DNA of 63,061 nucleotides, counting the filler, from Choristocarpus tenellus KU-1152 (lineage: Eukaryota > Protista > Phaeophyceae), in NCBI GenBank assembly GCA_964200185.2. It is 11 parts of 11 records of this genome, joined end to end, with 100 filler letters (N's around TTAATTAATTAA, not from the genome) between each part and the next. Parts side by side here need not be neighbours in the genome. Positions count along the whole stretch, not along the records: positions 37,758 to 40,958 come from CAXNAD020021582.1; positions 41,059 to 52,896 come from CAXNAD020002110.1; positions 52,997 to 58,752 come from CAXNAD020009833.1; 8 more parts are not named here. One strand, 5' to 3'. This document shows, in pieces, positions 39,622 through 53,959 of this stretch. How positions within the stretch are numbered: the first letter of the stretch is position 1; each line of letters starts with the position of its first letter. Made by a program: the position numbers and the translations under genes. Below the pieces are notes generated by a model. That model saw only the letters and a program-made list of their open reading frames with translations, was not told the origin of the DNA and searched no databases.

Positions 39622-40249
39622 CTTGGGTGCAGCTTCAGGCGTGTTCTTGCTCTTGCCTGTAGAAGCATCCTTGACCTTGGTTGAATCGTCAGAACCCTCC
39701 TGCAAAGAAATTGATTGGTCGATTGATTGATTGACAACCAATCAGACTGACACTTACCACGAGGCCAAATCACACACGAAACAGGACTCCTGCCTGCACC
39801 ATGCAAACAAGAAAGAAAAATGTACTATATACCAGCATCATATACATATATATATGCTATCCCAGTATCCACAACCATGAACCCACGTAGGAACAAAACA
39901 AAAAAAATTAAAAAAACTGATGTCATCAACAAACAAACAAAAATACTCAAGTGGACATACATACACCTCTGCGTACAATTACATCACAAGTGTCTACCCC
40001 CCTCCCCCTCCCCTTCCTGCTCACCTTCCCTGCAGCTGAGCTAGTCTTCCCCACTGCTGCTGTCGATTTTGCCCCCGCCCCGGCAACACCTGCCCCTGCC
40101 CCTGCCCCTGCCACCACTGACGCCTTAGGGTCACTGTTTGTCAACCCCCCCATTCCCTGGGTAGAAACAGAAGGGGATGCCTTGGAAGCACTGGACTGCT
40201 CGGCCTTGACCTCTTCTGACGCAAGTGATGCGGTACCCGATCCTGTCAC
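39622..40249 (-). CDS. Two internal exons (40249-40025, 39699-39622) of an Ala/Gly/Ser/Lys-rich low-complexity protein
   Basis: Both exons have CAG acceptors and AAG|GT donors and are phase 0 and stop-free: VTGSGTASLASEEVK...AAGK|EGSDDSTKVKDASTGKSKNTPEAAPK. No recognisable domain. Confidence 0.6.
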
Positions 40250-42196
40250 CTGTATTTGCTGCTTTCCACGGGGGGGCCAAGCCAGGGAGGGATGATAAGG
40301 ATTGGAGAGGGGTGGGAGCAGGTTACCGGCCGGATCAGCACTCAAAGGTTTGACTTACAATTTCTTAGGGGGGTGTAAATCTATGCATGTACAGGCCTAA
40401 AGGAAGAGCTCAACACATGATCTATCAAACAAAAAGGACAGGTTACAGGAAGATACACTAGAAGCACTCTCTCTCTCTCTCTCTCTTGTGTGATCTCCAA
40501 GATGACTTCACAACGTCGGTCCACTCTGACCACCTCAGTCAGAGCAGACCATCACTCAACCTTGCAAGGCCTGTCCATCCCCCACCCTACATGCCACATG
40601 TACAAACACGCCTTCCTTGATACGAGGGAAAAAGGGGGAAAAAAAAGTTAAGACTTGGAATGCAGTACCACGATGGAGGGGAAAGGCTACTGCAGGTGCT
40701 AAGAGTGTGGCAGTCAGACAGTACGAACAACATTGGTAATTGCCCCACCATAACACCCACACATATATATATATATATAGGTGATGCTGTCAGCCCAATA
40801 AGAATGTCTTCACCCTGCCACAGTCAAAATAATAAAACCAACACAACACACAACAAATATGTAACCATTTCTAAATATCCTTGGTTGATCAACTGCCAAA
40901 TCAATCCCCCCCCCCCCCTTGTCCACCTCCCAAGGGGCAACAAAAACATACACCCATCNNNNNNNNNNNNNNNNNNNNNNNNNNNNNNNNNNNNNNNNNN
41001 NNTTAATTAATTAANNNNNNNNNNNNNNNNNNNNNNNNNNNNNNNNNNNNNNNNNNNNATAAACATCATTAAAAAAAGCGCTTGTAATCGTTTCCATCCT
41101 ATCCATGAAGCTTAAGATTGATTTCCCAGCTCATCTTTTTCGGGCATTCCCATGGGTGAACAAAATCGGGTAACCTACTGTACCTGATTCCCTTGTACTC
41201 TCTACTTTTTGTTATCTATAGGTTTAATGAACTACATGAGTCGAACCTTCAAATCGCGAATTGGTTGAAAATGTGGTGAAGGTTACAAACATTTTTATTT
41301 AATACAAAGGAGTTGAAGAAGGTTTATCCTAAAACAAAATGAAAAATCGAGTGTTTACTTTTCAGTCCGATTTATTGTCGAGTCATCAGGACAGTGCAGT
41401 GTGAACCATTCAAGACACTCCAGAATAGAAGCTATCTCAATTCAACCCCTTCTTGTAGGATCACCTTATTGACACTGCAATATTGTTGGAGGACTGTAAG
41501 GATCTGAAACTCTGTGTCTCCTAGTCTTCGGGGCAAGGCCCGAGGCAAAACAACCAGTATGATTTCCATGGGGAGATCCTTGGTTCGTGGAAGGGGAGCA
41601 ACTTCATTTTCGTATAGGATGGATGCCCGAGCGAGAGGGATTTGCCTTTGCCGTTCCTTCTCCGCATCCAATGCACAGTCAGGTGCAGTTGTGAACCCCG
41701 CTAGAACCATACCCTTACGGTCGTTGGATGTTGATGGGTTTTTCCATTTGATTTCCTTAGCAAACCTTCCAGTATGCTGACATAGATCGCGTGGTAGCAC
41801 TTTCACTCTTAATGTACTTCCCAACAACGATATTTATGTCACCACCGTTAACTATTGTTCTGTAATATATAATGCTTGAATTGCGTTGGTACTGTCAGAC
41901 TTTCAACTCCGTACATGATGGCGGTGCATTTTTTTGTACCATTGAACTAGTGATTTTTATGGTAAGGCTCGTGTTGTTTATACCTTGCCCATATTCCGCC
42001 AAGTATATTGGCGGAAGTGCTCACCAAGAACGGCTTTTGTGCGTATCACCCAACGGGTTCGTTTCACCCCACTCTGACCTATTATTTGTATTATCACACC
42101 ATAAGCTCTGAGGAGACGAATGGTTAAAATCCGAAGGACCATGATGATTCGTAAGAGTCAGAGGCTCTTGTTGTATGGCATGTGTATCGCACCTTG

Positions 42197-45100
42197 ATGA
42201 GTTCAAAATCGAATCCGGTAAGGGCTGTTAGATTACTTAAGAAAAAGTTCAGGGGTATGTATTGCTGTATAAGAACGTACTTCGCTGTGCCAATATCGCT
42301 GCTTCGAGGTGTGAGGAGACACATCCTTCAAACCAATCTCCAATACCAACTGCATGTTCGACCCCAGGTCCCGTTTCCTTCTTGCTGTTTTTTTTAAAAC
42401 CACTATTTCCTCATCATACTTTTTAGCTTTTTAAACCTTGAGATACCCTGATGACATTTATCCGCTAGTTTCTTGCATTAATCCTCTTTGTGCCCCTCCC
42501 CCCCCCCTATGCTTTCCTCCCCTCCATGTTTTCCCTCCCACTGGAGTGGGTGAGTACGCGCCCTGCGATTCCACAAATGTTTTGATCCGTGATTCCCCTT
42601 GTATTTCGGTTGTGACCGACTTGACATCCTCCACTCCTACACCTCAAACATTGATAATTTAGATATGGGATTGGCGAGCGGCAGTGATGGTATGGGAGGG
42701 GAGGGAGAAAAGGATCATGATAGTGGCCACAATGATAGAAGTGGGAGAGGGATGCCCCATCTCCCTGAGCGCACTGTCCCAGACGAGGCTCTTCGATTTA
42801 AGTGCCGTGGATATATTGGATCTGATACAGGGGATAGGTATCCAAATGTCCATGGCATCCATCCAGCAGAGTTCAAGGTTGAGCTTAAGGTGGGTTTGTG
42901 GATTTGATTGTGCAATGAAAAATATAAGCAGTAGTGCATGTAGTTGTTTTTCCATAAGGTAGGTCCTCTGTAAGAGGTTAATAAAGGTTGTACCTAAATT
43001 GTTTTTTCTAGTTCTAACTGTTTTATAGCATTGCAATCATTGTCTTTTTTGGTACTGCTTGTGTTTCCCCCCCCCCTGCCTCTTCCCCTAGTTCTTGCCA
43101 ATACACAATTCAATGATGTCTCATGTCTCTATTTTTGAGGAACGTTCTGAATGGCCAGATTGTATACTTTTCCTCTACCCCTATGTTAATGTCTGATGTG
43201 TTGAATGTTTTGGGTTGGGAGTAGAAAGTTGTGATGCACCTCCTAAAATTGACTCATACTGCAACTGGGTACGTTTTTGGAGTGTAGTAACAGGCAATGG
43301 ACCGAATTTCATGGAATTGGTGCAGTGTGAAACATGGAGGTACCAGTGGGGAAGGAAGTCAATTATTCCATCTTTTGTTGGAGCAGTAAGTTGTGTGACT
43401 CACTACCTTGATGGTGTAGTGTGAAATATGGAGATACCAGTGGAGAAGTAAGTCAATTATTCCATTTTTTGTTGGAGCAGTAAGTTGTGTGACTCACTAC
43501 CTTGATGGTGTAGTGGTACCTCGATATATTGTATGTATTGATTGAAGCTTCTGACTTGTATGGCACAATCCCAGCAAAGTTATCAATGCACACCTAGAGA
43601 TTGTGTTTACAGGAGTTACAAATGCCACCAAGAAGAGGCTAGAATTGCAGTTCTTTTTTTAACATGCTCAGAAACTCTCCGCAGCAGTTCTAACTAATAC
43701 CCTCCCCAGAATGTGAATATTGATCAATATGTTGGTTTTATTTTAGTTCAAATAGTCGTAGCGGAGATAATCGTTTGGTAATATGACTGAAACCACAGAC
43801 ATGATTGCTTAGTGTTCCAGTGTCGAACACTTGAAGTATTATCAAGCTACAAGAGCCAGAAAGTGGGGTATACGAACGGATGAGGGGAGTGTGTAGAGTT
43901 CATGGTGAGGAAGAGGTTTTCTTTTGCACGTCCTTCGCCTGGTCTTGCTTATCCGATTTAAAAAATGCCGCTGTGTCGTCCATATCAATAGGGTGCAAAT
44001 TGATAAAATCGACAGTTGACCCTGTATGGTGGGGGCCATGTAGAGGGCGCCTACCCCTTCCTGATCATACGGGAAAGCAAGTTTGGAGACAATCTTGAAG
44101 GGTGAATTTGTTGCAATAGCCCCTCAGCTCAGGTTGTTTGTGCATTCCATTGTGAGAAAGCAAGGGTGGCTAAGAGGCGGTAACTCAATATATTGAGTCA
44201 CCGCTGATTTATGCAACTGAGGCACCAGTCTCGTGGGTTTGGTGCAGGGCCAAAGGCTCTTTGACACAAAGCAGTATTTCAATTTTTTGGCAAAAATCAG
44301 AGGTTGTGGGTTTGAACCCAGGCTAGGACAGGACCATTTCTTGACGTTCCATGTATGGTGGGAGAATGAAGAAGAGTATGGGGTAGTGTCAATTGGAGGG
44401 GGAACCAGGGGGAAATATATGAGCAGGTCGATGGAGGATGACTCGTGAGGAATCTGGGAGACCTCACCCCCAATTTGTCTGCCCTCCACAATGATGCAAA
44501 CATTTTTGAGAACAGACCTTGGCAGGTTGAGCAAAGAAGTTCCTGCGTTATGTGTGACACAGTTGAAGGCAGGCCTAACTCTGGTGGGGTTGCCCAGTGT
44601 TCACAGGAGGGACGCTGTCTATGATTTTGTCAAGATATTGAGATACCAACATGACACACAACCGAGACACTGTTGATGGTCCTGCAATAGATGTGTGACT
44701 CAGTGGTATTGTGGTATCTGAATATCTAGACAGGGCATTTGTCCTTTTTACATCATGGTGACCCTCTGGCTGGGGCAAGGTTTGGACTATTTTTAGATTA
44801 AGTCTATTTATTTGTTGGAGTAAATGATGTGATCGTATGCATCCATTTTGTGAGATGGTACACACTGCGTATGCGGTTGTTGTGGTGCTTTAGTCACTGA
44901 AATGAAGGAGTCATTCGTTGAAGATAGCACCATTGTACTAGATCTCTATGCTGTTACATTGCAGCAATCTTATGCTGGCCAAGAGTTTTTAGCTGTAGCT
45001 CTAACCTTATCCCTATCCTTGTCCCTACAACAGACAGAAGGACATAAAATTTTGTGCGTGTACATGGAATAATAGAAATGCGGTACTTTATACTGTCTAG

Positions 45101-48100
45101 TGTATGATCGTACAATTAAACGACTTTGAAGGTATTTTTCATTTTGGTATACTGTTGATCCTAACATAAGCAGTAATACCAATATAGACAAATTTATAAT
45201 TTCAGAACTAGAAGTAAAATCCTTTTTTGAGTATCCAGGTACCGATAAATTAATCCTGAAGTATAATATTTTTATCTACTTGTTTGAATAATTATTCTGC
45301 ATTTTTATGTTTTTGTATGAAAACAATTTCAGCTTCAAATGATTTTTGATACCCTGTATTTACAATAGGAAACAAAGACGAGGAAAAGGGTTTTGTTGCA
45401 TCCACCCACTGTGATAAATACCATGTAGCCATTATGACCTCAATTTACAGGATGAGGTGGGTAATTTTCTGTGTGAGGGTTTGTGGCTGTAACCTTTTTG
45501 TGACAGACTGAATATTGTACTGTGGTGTGCGATTGAGAGGGCACAAGTGCAACGTCTAGATATGTGCTCACCTAATTAAAACCAAAAAAATGTCTTGGTA
45601 CTTGTAATAGGCAAGTGCAGAAGGAAACATCTGTAGTGCATAATCTGTTGTCAGTGATTGAGGTGAACAGAAGGCATTGGCTGTCTATGGATGAGCTTTT
45701 GATAGGTGTGCTATGGGTGAGGTTATTGGCTGTAGCAGAGCGATGGGGTATTTTTCAGGGGATGTAAATGGGGGCGTGAAGTTTGTCGGACTGGTGGTTC
45801 TCTTGATCAATCAGGCATTCCACCAACTATATGTGGGATGGATGATTGGTTGGTATAACGATGTGGAGGAGCATCACACTTGGCAGTATTAGCAAACTCA
45901 TCATACTGTTTGTGGTTAATCTCACAGTCATACTGCATTGCTGACTAAACTGTAACCCGATTTTGCATCCCCAGTATGTTGGAGTGCTTATTTGGGAAGG
46001 AAGGTTGTTCATGTAGTGTGGAGGCTGGGAGGAAAAGTTGGGACTTCTAATCTGGTCGTTTGATATGAAGACATCTATCTGTACTTTTAGTGTTTTTTGT
46101 TTATGCCAAGGTGTTGTCTATTTGGTTATGTGTCGCCGTCAATATAAGGAGGGGGTCAGTGGTGGTTTGTGTTGGTCATTTTGGCCTGTAGATGGGAGGA
46201 GGTCATCTTTTCGAATTCGTGAAAGCAGATGGTTTGTAAAGCGTAAGGGATCAAGAGTCAAACTTGCCTGTCTCTCTCACCCACTCTCCATGGATACCAA
46301 GGTTTGGTTCGTTTGAAATTGTTTTTTTATTATACAGTAGTCAATTTAGAGTGAAGAGGGCACGGGTCCTCCCCTGTCCCTGTTGCCGAAATGCCCCTGT
46401 CCCTTCACCATTACCATGAATGGTTGGAGACCGCAACTTTCCTGTTAAGAGTTGATTGCAACCCTCTGTATCCTGTGCTTTTTCAAGTTGAAGTATGTGC
46501 AGAGTCATAATGAGTATATATTAAAAAAAATTACCACTATATTTTGTCCTTGAGAACTTTTCCACAGCCTTATGACATCATTATTCCTGGAGGTCGTAGT
46601 TTCAAATTTTGTTCTTCATACTAAGTAGTGAGATTGTTGATAATAAACGGGATAATTTTTTGGTTGTTGGCAAAGGAAAATTCTTGTCTTTTACTGGATG
46701 TGGAATATATCAAAGTTCTTGCCCGTGAATAGACCAGTTATAATGTGTTGATGAGTTGTGGAAGTCTATGAAGGATCTGTTCTTGAATTGACTCCGTATA
46801 GAGTACCTTTCTGTAAGGTATGGTACAGGTTGCGGAATTATCTCTGCAACGGGTTTTTTCCTGAACTGATTCTATACGGAACATGTTTCTGAAAGGTCTG
46901 GTTGGTAGGGTTAGGGTTACGAATTGCTTGTCTGGTTCGTGAAAGTCTCTCTGCTTAAATTGATACTGGTAATGATGACACCCACTGTCACATTCCAGGC
47001 ACATGCATGAGCGGACTCGTGAGTGTTAATCGTAGTACTGTCCTGGAAGATTTCAAGCACTGATACGTGAGCAATGTACACCTGCAGTGTGCCGAATGGT
47101 TCCCCTGCCGTACTTGACCCTATGAATATATGGTGCTTGTGGTGTTGTTCAAGACCATGACTGAGTTGGCCTGTGAAGGGAAGAATGTACCTTTGTGCCA
47201 AGGTGTGCTCTAGCCAGCAGGTGCTGGTGTACGTCTTGCTTGTGGGCCGAACACATGTTGTGATATCGAGGCTTCTTCTCAGTGGGTGGTGGCCACGTGT
47301 ACGGTTTCTCTGTTTCTGTTTGGTTCAAACGGTTTTGCGGGGCGTAGGCTATAAATGCGTAAGATTGTTGTACTTACCCTTTAAATCTCAGTGAAATCTG
47401 ATTGGTCTATACCTATTACATGCCGCCCACTGTGAAGCTGCAAGAAGTGCCTTACTGATGCAGTGTTTATTTTGCGTTTGCTCCCAACTGTTTCAATTGT
47501 GTTCTTGTTGTATTTTCTCTGCCTCTCTACCTGTCTAGTACCTGCAGGGGGTCCTCTAGCACGAGAGAAGAACAATAACCTGGAGCATTTAAAAAGTCGG
47601 ATAAAAAAATTAATTAACAGGAAAGAAAGTAACAAAGAGCGACTTTTTGAGTTGCTCCAAGTGGTTTTCAACTCACTTGTGTGCGTCCTTACTGCGTATG
47701 CACTTTTCTGTACCTTTTTTTTTTGTAAAGGCAGTGTAAAGGCAGTTACAAGTATCGAACAACTTTGCTTGTGGAGACAGCTTCTGCAGCTAGCCCTAAC
47801 CCTTTCCCTCGTTCAACTATCTTGACCTACCTCCTGTGGCAATGTATGCGGCGAGAAGGTTGTTGTTGATGAACTGGGACTGCCCTCACCACAGAAGGAT
47901 CGCTTGAAGATGCTGGTCGGGCCGAGGTACAACCCATCCAAGGATGAGTTAAGGCTGATATCTGAACGATTTCCCAACCGTATCGACAACAAGGTAAGGC
48001 ATGGTTTGAATGCATACTTGTGCCCCCCCCCCCAGATACTTTGAGTCAGGGGAAGGACTTGGAGGGGGAAGAAAACCTTTTGAGAACAATGGTCCATCAT

Positions 48101-48892
48101 AATATTTGTTCCTAGATTACAAATATTTTGATGTGAAGTATTAAAATTTTGTGTGTGTCATTGGCTCTAACAGAAGTAACCCGTGTCATATTCAGTCTGC
48201 AGGACATGTTTGAGTCGTACTCTTACCCACCTCTCTTGGTTGTGACGTATCTGTATGTGTGCGGGAGGTTGAGGGTAGGTCTGTTACATGGTTTGAATGA
48301 GCCGGGGATGAGATGAGAAAAATTGGAAGGGGAAGCTTGAAGTAGGGTTAAAAAGGTACATTAGAGCGTTCTCCACTTTCAGTGTAATGTTGGGTTCAAT
48401 TACTGAATGTAAATTCGAATTTTGGTTGCTAGAAACATCACGATGAGTTGATGCATTATTTGATGATACGCAGAGGGTACCTCTCTCAAAGTCACATGTG
48501 AAACGTGGCTTGTTATTCTATTTTTATATAGGATGAACCAATCAGAGACCTCTTTCTAGAAAGAGTTTTTGGATTTTCATATTTTGCAGTCCAGGATTGT
48601 CAATCATCTACTGAGCCAATGGAGTTGAGTTGAATTCATCCCCCTTTGAAATGGGTCCACACAGTAACCATTGCCCGCCCCCTCCCCTCCCTTCCTAAAC
48701 TGCTATTGCTGTTGGTGGTTGGTATTGCCCTGCCGCTGCTCCTGTGTACGTGTATATGTATCTAAACATACGCGATGTGTACGACTGCCCTGGCTCTCCC
48801 CACTTTTTTCTTGTTGCAATTTGATCCAATAGCGGTACCTGGTTACCTTGCTGGAGAAACTTGTCCTGGAGGCCCGAAAGGTTGATGCGTAA
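42197..48892 (+). CDS. MRPS35: Mitochondrial small-subunit ribosomal protein mS35 (MRP-S28/Rsm24 family). Exons 42197-42254 (tentative), 42663-42889, 47859-47993, 48833-48892
   Basis: The spliced frame reads ALRFKCRGYIG...HPAEFKVELK|VVVDELGLPSPQKDRLKMLVGPRYNPSKDELRLISERFPNRIDNK|RYLVTLLEKLVLEARKVDA-stop. This matches the HPAExKV / L-x-G-x-RY / RFPxRxxN pattern of mS35. Confidence 0.88.
43325..43515 (+). repeat. Tandem duplication, 2 x 94 bp, intronic
   Basis: GTGTGAAA.ATGGAG.TACCAGTGG...CACTACCTTGATGGTGTA repeated with few mismatches. Confidence 0.9.
43850..47350 (-). mobile_element. Possible heavily decayed retroelement relic in the 5-kb mS35 intron
   Basis: The minus strand is C/A-skewed with weak gag-like (KGQGHFGNRDRGG) and integrase-like (HGP...MDD...KSDK) fragments. 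No intact diagnostic motif was found. Confidence 0.3.
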
Positions 48893-51017
48893 AAGAAGCT
48901 TACATGCAGATCATATCATATTGAAAAGATTCGAAAAAATTCTCTCTGCAATGAAGAGGTTTAGTTACTATGATACGATAGGGAAAACATGTGTGAGGTA
49001 GTTTTTTGCTAGGGGGAGGGGGAAGGGGGCAGTAAAGTGATTATAGGGTTGGGCCAGGGGAGGAGATGGAGGGAGGTGTTGATGAGAGGGAGATTTGTGT
49101 CCATTTCTTGCCTCTCTGTTTTGCTATGATCTGGAAAGACATATATATGGGCCCAACAATCTGTTGGAAACAAGAGTGTGTCCTGGGTGCTGTCTTGTCC
49201 TGTCCCACCCCCATTGGCGTGTGCGGATGTTCTGGCGAATTGATCTACAAAATAGCATTAGCAAGCTAAAGCAGGCACCCTAATGATCAAGTGAATGTGT
49301 GTGTTTTGATGTTGGGTGGTGAGAATGAGTGATGACGGATAGGCCTGCTTGCCTGCCTGGTGCTATTGTTACTGCTTGAAATGGATACGGATAGGGTTCA
49401 ATTCGGAAAACAGGGTTGTACTCTTCGAAGTATGAATTTGACTGGTTATCATGTTTCGTCAGAATTTTGTCTGTGGGCAAGAGCGAGAAAGAACTACTCC
49501 TTCTCATTGGTAACTAATATGTGGTCTTTTGTCTCTAAATGGCGAAACATTGAATATGCCCCCATTGAGTTTTTGTGAGAATGAAACATAGCTGTTTCAA
49601 ATGTTTCAGAACGTGTTAGGAAATGGTCGATTGGACATTTTTTTTTCAACAAAAGGAAGGTCCCGAGTTTGAGGTGTTTTGACATTGCCTTCTGGTTCAT
49701 AACAATGGCATGTATTTTTATTTTATGTTATATCAGAACAAGAGGTTGTGAGAAGTGGGTATTATTGCAGGTTTCGTGATAGGAACGTTTTTTGTTGTTT
49801 TTGTAAATGAATAACTTGGGGAAATTGATAAGCCTGATTCTGTATTACTCATCTTTCCTTGTCAAAATTCCCCATGGGTTACTGGAAATTGTGTTGAACG
49901 ATGCTCAGGTTGATAGATTTTGGTGGAAGGACGGATGGATGGCAATTTCCTTGCACCGGCAGAATCATGTGTACTATTGGAAAAATAAAAAATAAGAGAT
50001 AAAGGAAGACACAAGGATTCCTACTGATTCCTGCTGCATCCACTTGTTTGTAAGAATGATGTACTAACCTTTTTGGGTAGCCATCTTAAGGGAGAAATTC
50101 GCTAGAGAGCTAATTGGTTTTCAAGTATACACAGAAGCATTACCTGTGGGGAAGACACTTTGGGAAGAGACCCTAGGTTACACTGTCTCGTCCTGCGAGT
50201 TAGGTTACAATTATTGCTTATTTTGGAGATCTTTATTCAGTAGTGTATTCACTCCCCACTCTTACCGAAGGCTTTGCTCTATGAAACCTTAGTAGGATAC
50301 ATGTGCTTTGGTTTGCTTTCAGTGGGCAACTCTCAAGCCTACCTACCACATTGTAAGTTTCTGCAACTTTTGCAATATCGATCGACAGACAAAATCCCAG
50401 TTGAGCGTTAGTGAAGATAAGACTATTTTGCACGTTTGCACTAGTATTTCAAAACGGTAAGTAGTTTTAACACTTTTGAGGAGACCATTTGTATGATTAC
50501 TCTTTGTTTAAAGTGTTGCTGATACGGTGTAGGCATCACTCTGGTGGTAGAAAACGGTAGGTAGGGCTGTCATATGGTTGTATTTACTGTTGGTGTTTTG
50601 TATCCAACTCGTTTTTCTTCATGTATCACACAATAAAAAGAATGTATCCTGTCCCTTGGTGTCCGTCAGCAATAGCTAGATCAAAGTATTGTCAAGCGGA
50701 GGAAATAAGATCTCCAATTCAATTGGTACCAGAAAATCCAGACTTGTAGCAACTGGACACTAGTCATAAATATAATTCCCCAAAAGAGTATCTAGTACTC
50801 TCATGCAATCGAGGTCTGCTTAAGAATCAAACAGATAAAACAAGATACAAACAGGTTAGGTGGACAAATTGCTGATTATTCCTTTTGATCAGACGTGAAT
50901 TGCTCCACACGAACGATATTCCAATTTCCGGCTGTCATTCCTGAGAATAATTACCACCAATAGTAGGTACACAATGAGTGACATGTGGATTGAGACTCCC
51001 ATGTGGAAGGTGGTTTT

Positions 51018-51275
51018 GACCCAAACCAATTGAGAGGTAGGCAGGGTTGCATTTTTAGGATTATGAGAAGGGGCAAAATAAGTCACTTCGTACAGTTGCA
51101 AAAAGAGCGTTATTTGCTGGATTATGGTGTGGTCATTCTGAGCGTGCAAAGGGGGAATGTCGATTTTGCCTACACTTTTGTTATGTAAAGCAATGAAGAG
51201 TGTGTTCCACAGGGTAAGAAAGGGGGCTTGGAATGCAAAAGGGTCCAAACCTGCCTACCTCTTAATTGGTTTTGG
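51018..51275 (-). mobile_element. MITE family C
   Basis: GACCCAAACCAATTGAGAGGTAGGCAGG ... CCTGCCTACCTCTTAATTGGTTTTGG. Confidence 0.85.
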
Positions 51276-52043
51276 AAACTACGTTCATACCAGCAACCAT
51301 ATCTGAAGCATTTGATAAAATCTGTCTCATGGAAGGTGAGAACAGAATATTTCTTATTGCTGGAGGTTTTGATTTTGACTGGTGTTATTGTGATCTCTTG
51401 TTTGATTGAAATGCAAGAGAGAGGAAGTCGAATCTCTATGTTAAGACATGCACTGTTTTGTAACATTAATAACTAGAGTGTTATGTACAAGCCACCATGA
51501 ATTGTGCATCTTAAAAGTAAGAATGAGGTGATGCAATCAGTCTTGTATGTAAACCCTCGATTGTTTCTGCAATGTGACAGGGTTGTGGTTACTTTACAAG
51601 CAGGGCAGAGATGATGGCAGTGTATGCCTTGCTCTCTATAGACAAAGATACACATAATAATGAGCAGAGTGAATATGGTGATGGTGGAAGTCACTCACAC
51701 AAATACTTCACTATACCAACTACCTCAGAAACCTGATTGTCCTGTATGACACGAAATTTGTCCTGTCTTTGATAACTAGTTGCAACAAGTCACAGAACAG
51801 CCTTGTGATGCATTTTGTGTGAGATCGTACAATGTAGAGATGAAGTCCTGGAAGTGTTATTTTTTTCTTTACAGTAGCACAGGGGACAACAAACAAAAAT
51901 ATACCAAGTAGAGCGTAACTCTCTGTGTGGACTTAAGTCCATTCACTAGAAAATGTTATAAGATTGAACACGATTCAACTACAAAAATCAACATTTTGAC
52001 TTTTTTTTAAACAGTGGATTAAAAAAAAAACTGGGACGAACAA

Positions 52044-52303
52044 GAGCCAGACCAACTGAGAGGAAGGCAGAATTGCATTTTATGGATCCCTGAGAAAGGG
52101 CAAAAATATGTAATTTTGTACACATCTAGAATGAGCCTCTGCTGAATCTTGGTGCTACTTTGTGGAAGGATAGGGGGAATATTGATTTTGTGTACACTAT
52201 TGCACACATAATGCAGTCAAATAGAGCATATTGCACAGGGTAAGAAAGATGACTTAGAATGCGAAAGGGTTTGAACTTGTCTACTTCTCCATTGGATTGG
52301 CTC
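52044..52303 (-). mobile_element. MITE family C
   Basis: GAGCCAGACCAACTGAGAGGAAGG ... CTACTTCTCCATTGGATTGGCTC. Confidence 0.8.
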
Positions 52304-52996
52304 AAAGCTTGTGAAATTAAAAAAACACTTAGGAAATGAATAAACTAGAGACTCTAGTATATGATAACACAATAAAAAGCTCAATCAATGCAAATACAAA
52401 TTGGGATGTTTCACTTCATAATGCAAATGGCAACCAAAACAAAATATTATTATATTTGCGATCAACAGCATAGATGAGGGAGGACATGAGGTAAGATGGT
52501 TGATCTTCGACCATTCAACCTCTCTTGCCACACAAAAGAGACTCGTTTAAAAACAGAGCGCCTCTTAACTGCAACACTTGTTCACTGTGCCTAGTCAGCT
52601 ACTACAAAGTAGGAGTTACACATAGTTGTCACTAACATTCCAACCTGTGACGATACACAGCACCAACCACAGTCGACTGATCACCGCACACCACACAGAC
52701 CATCAAAAACAAATAATCATCTACAACCAACCCTCCCCCTCCCCCCTACCAGTCAGACCCTTCGCCCCCTAGACCCCCTCCCCCGCCTTCACAACCAGCC
52801 TGCTGACAGCCTTTCCCTCTTCCCACAGCCGCCCACTACCCACCCTACTACTTTTAACAAGCCTAGGGCAGAGGCCGCTCCATCCCTTGTTCATCCNNNN
52901 NNNNNNNNNNNNNNNNNNNNNNNNNNNNNNNNNNNNNNNNTTAATTAATTAANNNNNNNNNNNNNNNNNNNNNNNNNNNNNNNNNNNNNNNNNNNN

Positions 52997-53195
52997 TTTA
53001 CCTACTCCCAAAAATTTTGGAGTCAGAAAATGTCACAAAAAACTCCATGGGAAGCCAAGCCCCACAAATGGACAAATAGGGAAAAATTTGTACCCTCTAA
53101 GATAGTTTCACTCAACCAAATCACCAAAAATTCGCGGCATGGAAAAATGGGCCCCCGAATGGACAGCCACCACCCCTCCGCAGATACTTTGAAAC
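52997..53195. mobile_element. MITE family A right half (to 53113) nested in a family B copy (53114-53195)
   Basis: ...TACCCTCTAAGATAGTTTCACTC is followed directly by reverse-oriented family B body ending CAGATACTTTGAAAC. Confidence 0.82.
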
Positions 53196-53959
53196 CTAAG
53201 CACGGATGCTCCAGGTCAAGTCACCTGTTGATGTTTCATGCATTTTTTTTTGCGTGACACAAACAGAAACGTTTTCAGACTATTCCAACAATTTTGTAAT
53301 TACCACTCTGTGCCTAACTGGTAGATGATGCTGAAGCTAATATTAAAACAATATGCTGGCACCTCACAAATGCCAGTGACTGTATTTCCATTAGGGTTAA
53401 ACAAAAGCTAAAATGAAACAAAACTCCTCTATTTCCAATACGTCGTTTTCAGTCCTCTGGAAGTGTACCAAAGTCGGGCCATAGCAAATAGGTGGGGCGG
53501 TCCGCCCTTACCATGGAGACATGTATGGAATGAGGGAGTGAGGTAAGATGTGATTCCATCATCAGCAGTTTGATATCGTTACTATAAATGCAAATGTTTA
53601 GAACATACCTCCGAGTTCAATATATGTATTGGATGGAATGGTCGGGTTGTTGAAATGCTTTAATTTGAATGAGTTGAAACTATTTCGGGTGAAGGTTGGT
53701 GTTGAAGAATCGGTGTTTGGGGTTTGAAGCAGATATGGACGTTGAGGTCTACAATACTAGACTAAGGAATGCACCTCCATGTAGTACCTGTATTGTGAAA
53801 AAATGTTGCTGCTCAAGCCACTCGTTAGCATCATGTGCCAACTAGAAGAATTGAAACGGAGAGAAGAAACACAAATGGGTCATCATTCCAACTGTTTTGT
53901 AACTGGCACTATGTGACTACCTACCAATATAGCTGCTTAAATCGTTGTTTGTACTTTGA

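Noticed and set aside
41432-41827. 131-aa minus-strand ORF and a neighbouring exon-like segment at 42021-42206
   Set aside because: No recognisable motif, and the adjacent region is better explained by the plus-strand mS35 gene. A divergent gene cannot be excluded.
42659-43036. Minus-strand ORF as a LINE fragment
   Set aside because: It is the antisense of the mS35 exon at 42663-42889.
44230-44345. Possible tRNA or SINE head (GGTTTGAACCC)
   Set aside because: Imperfect B box with no convincing cloverleaf spacing or second copy in the window.
46906-46920. Telomere-like GGGTTAGGGTTA (also CCCTAACCCT near 47794)
   Set aside because: Only about two units, which is expected by chance.
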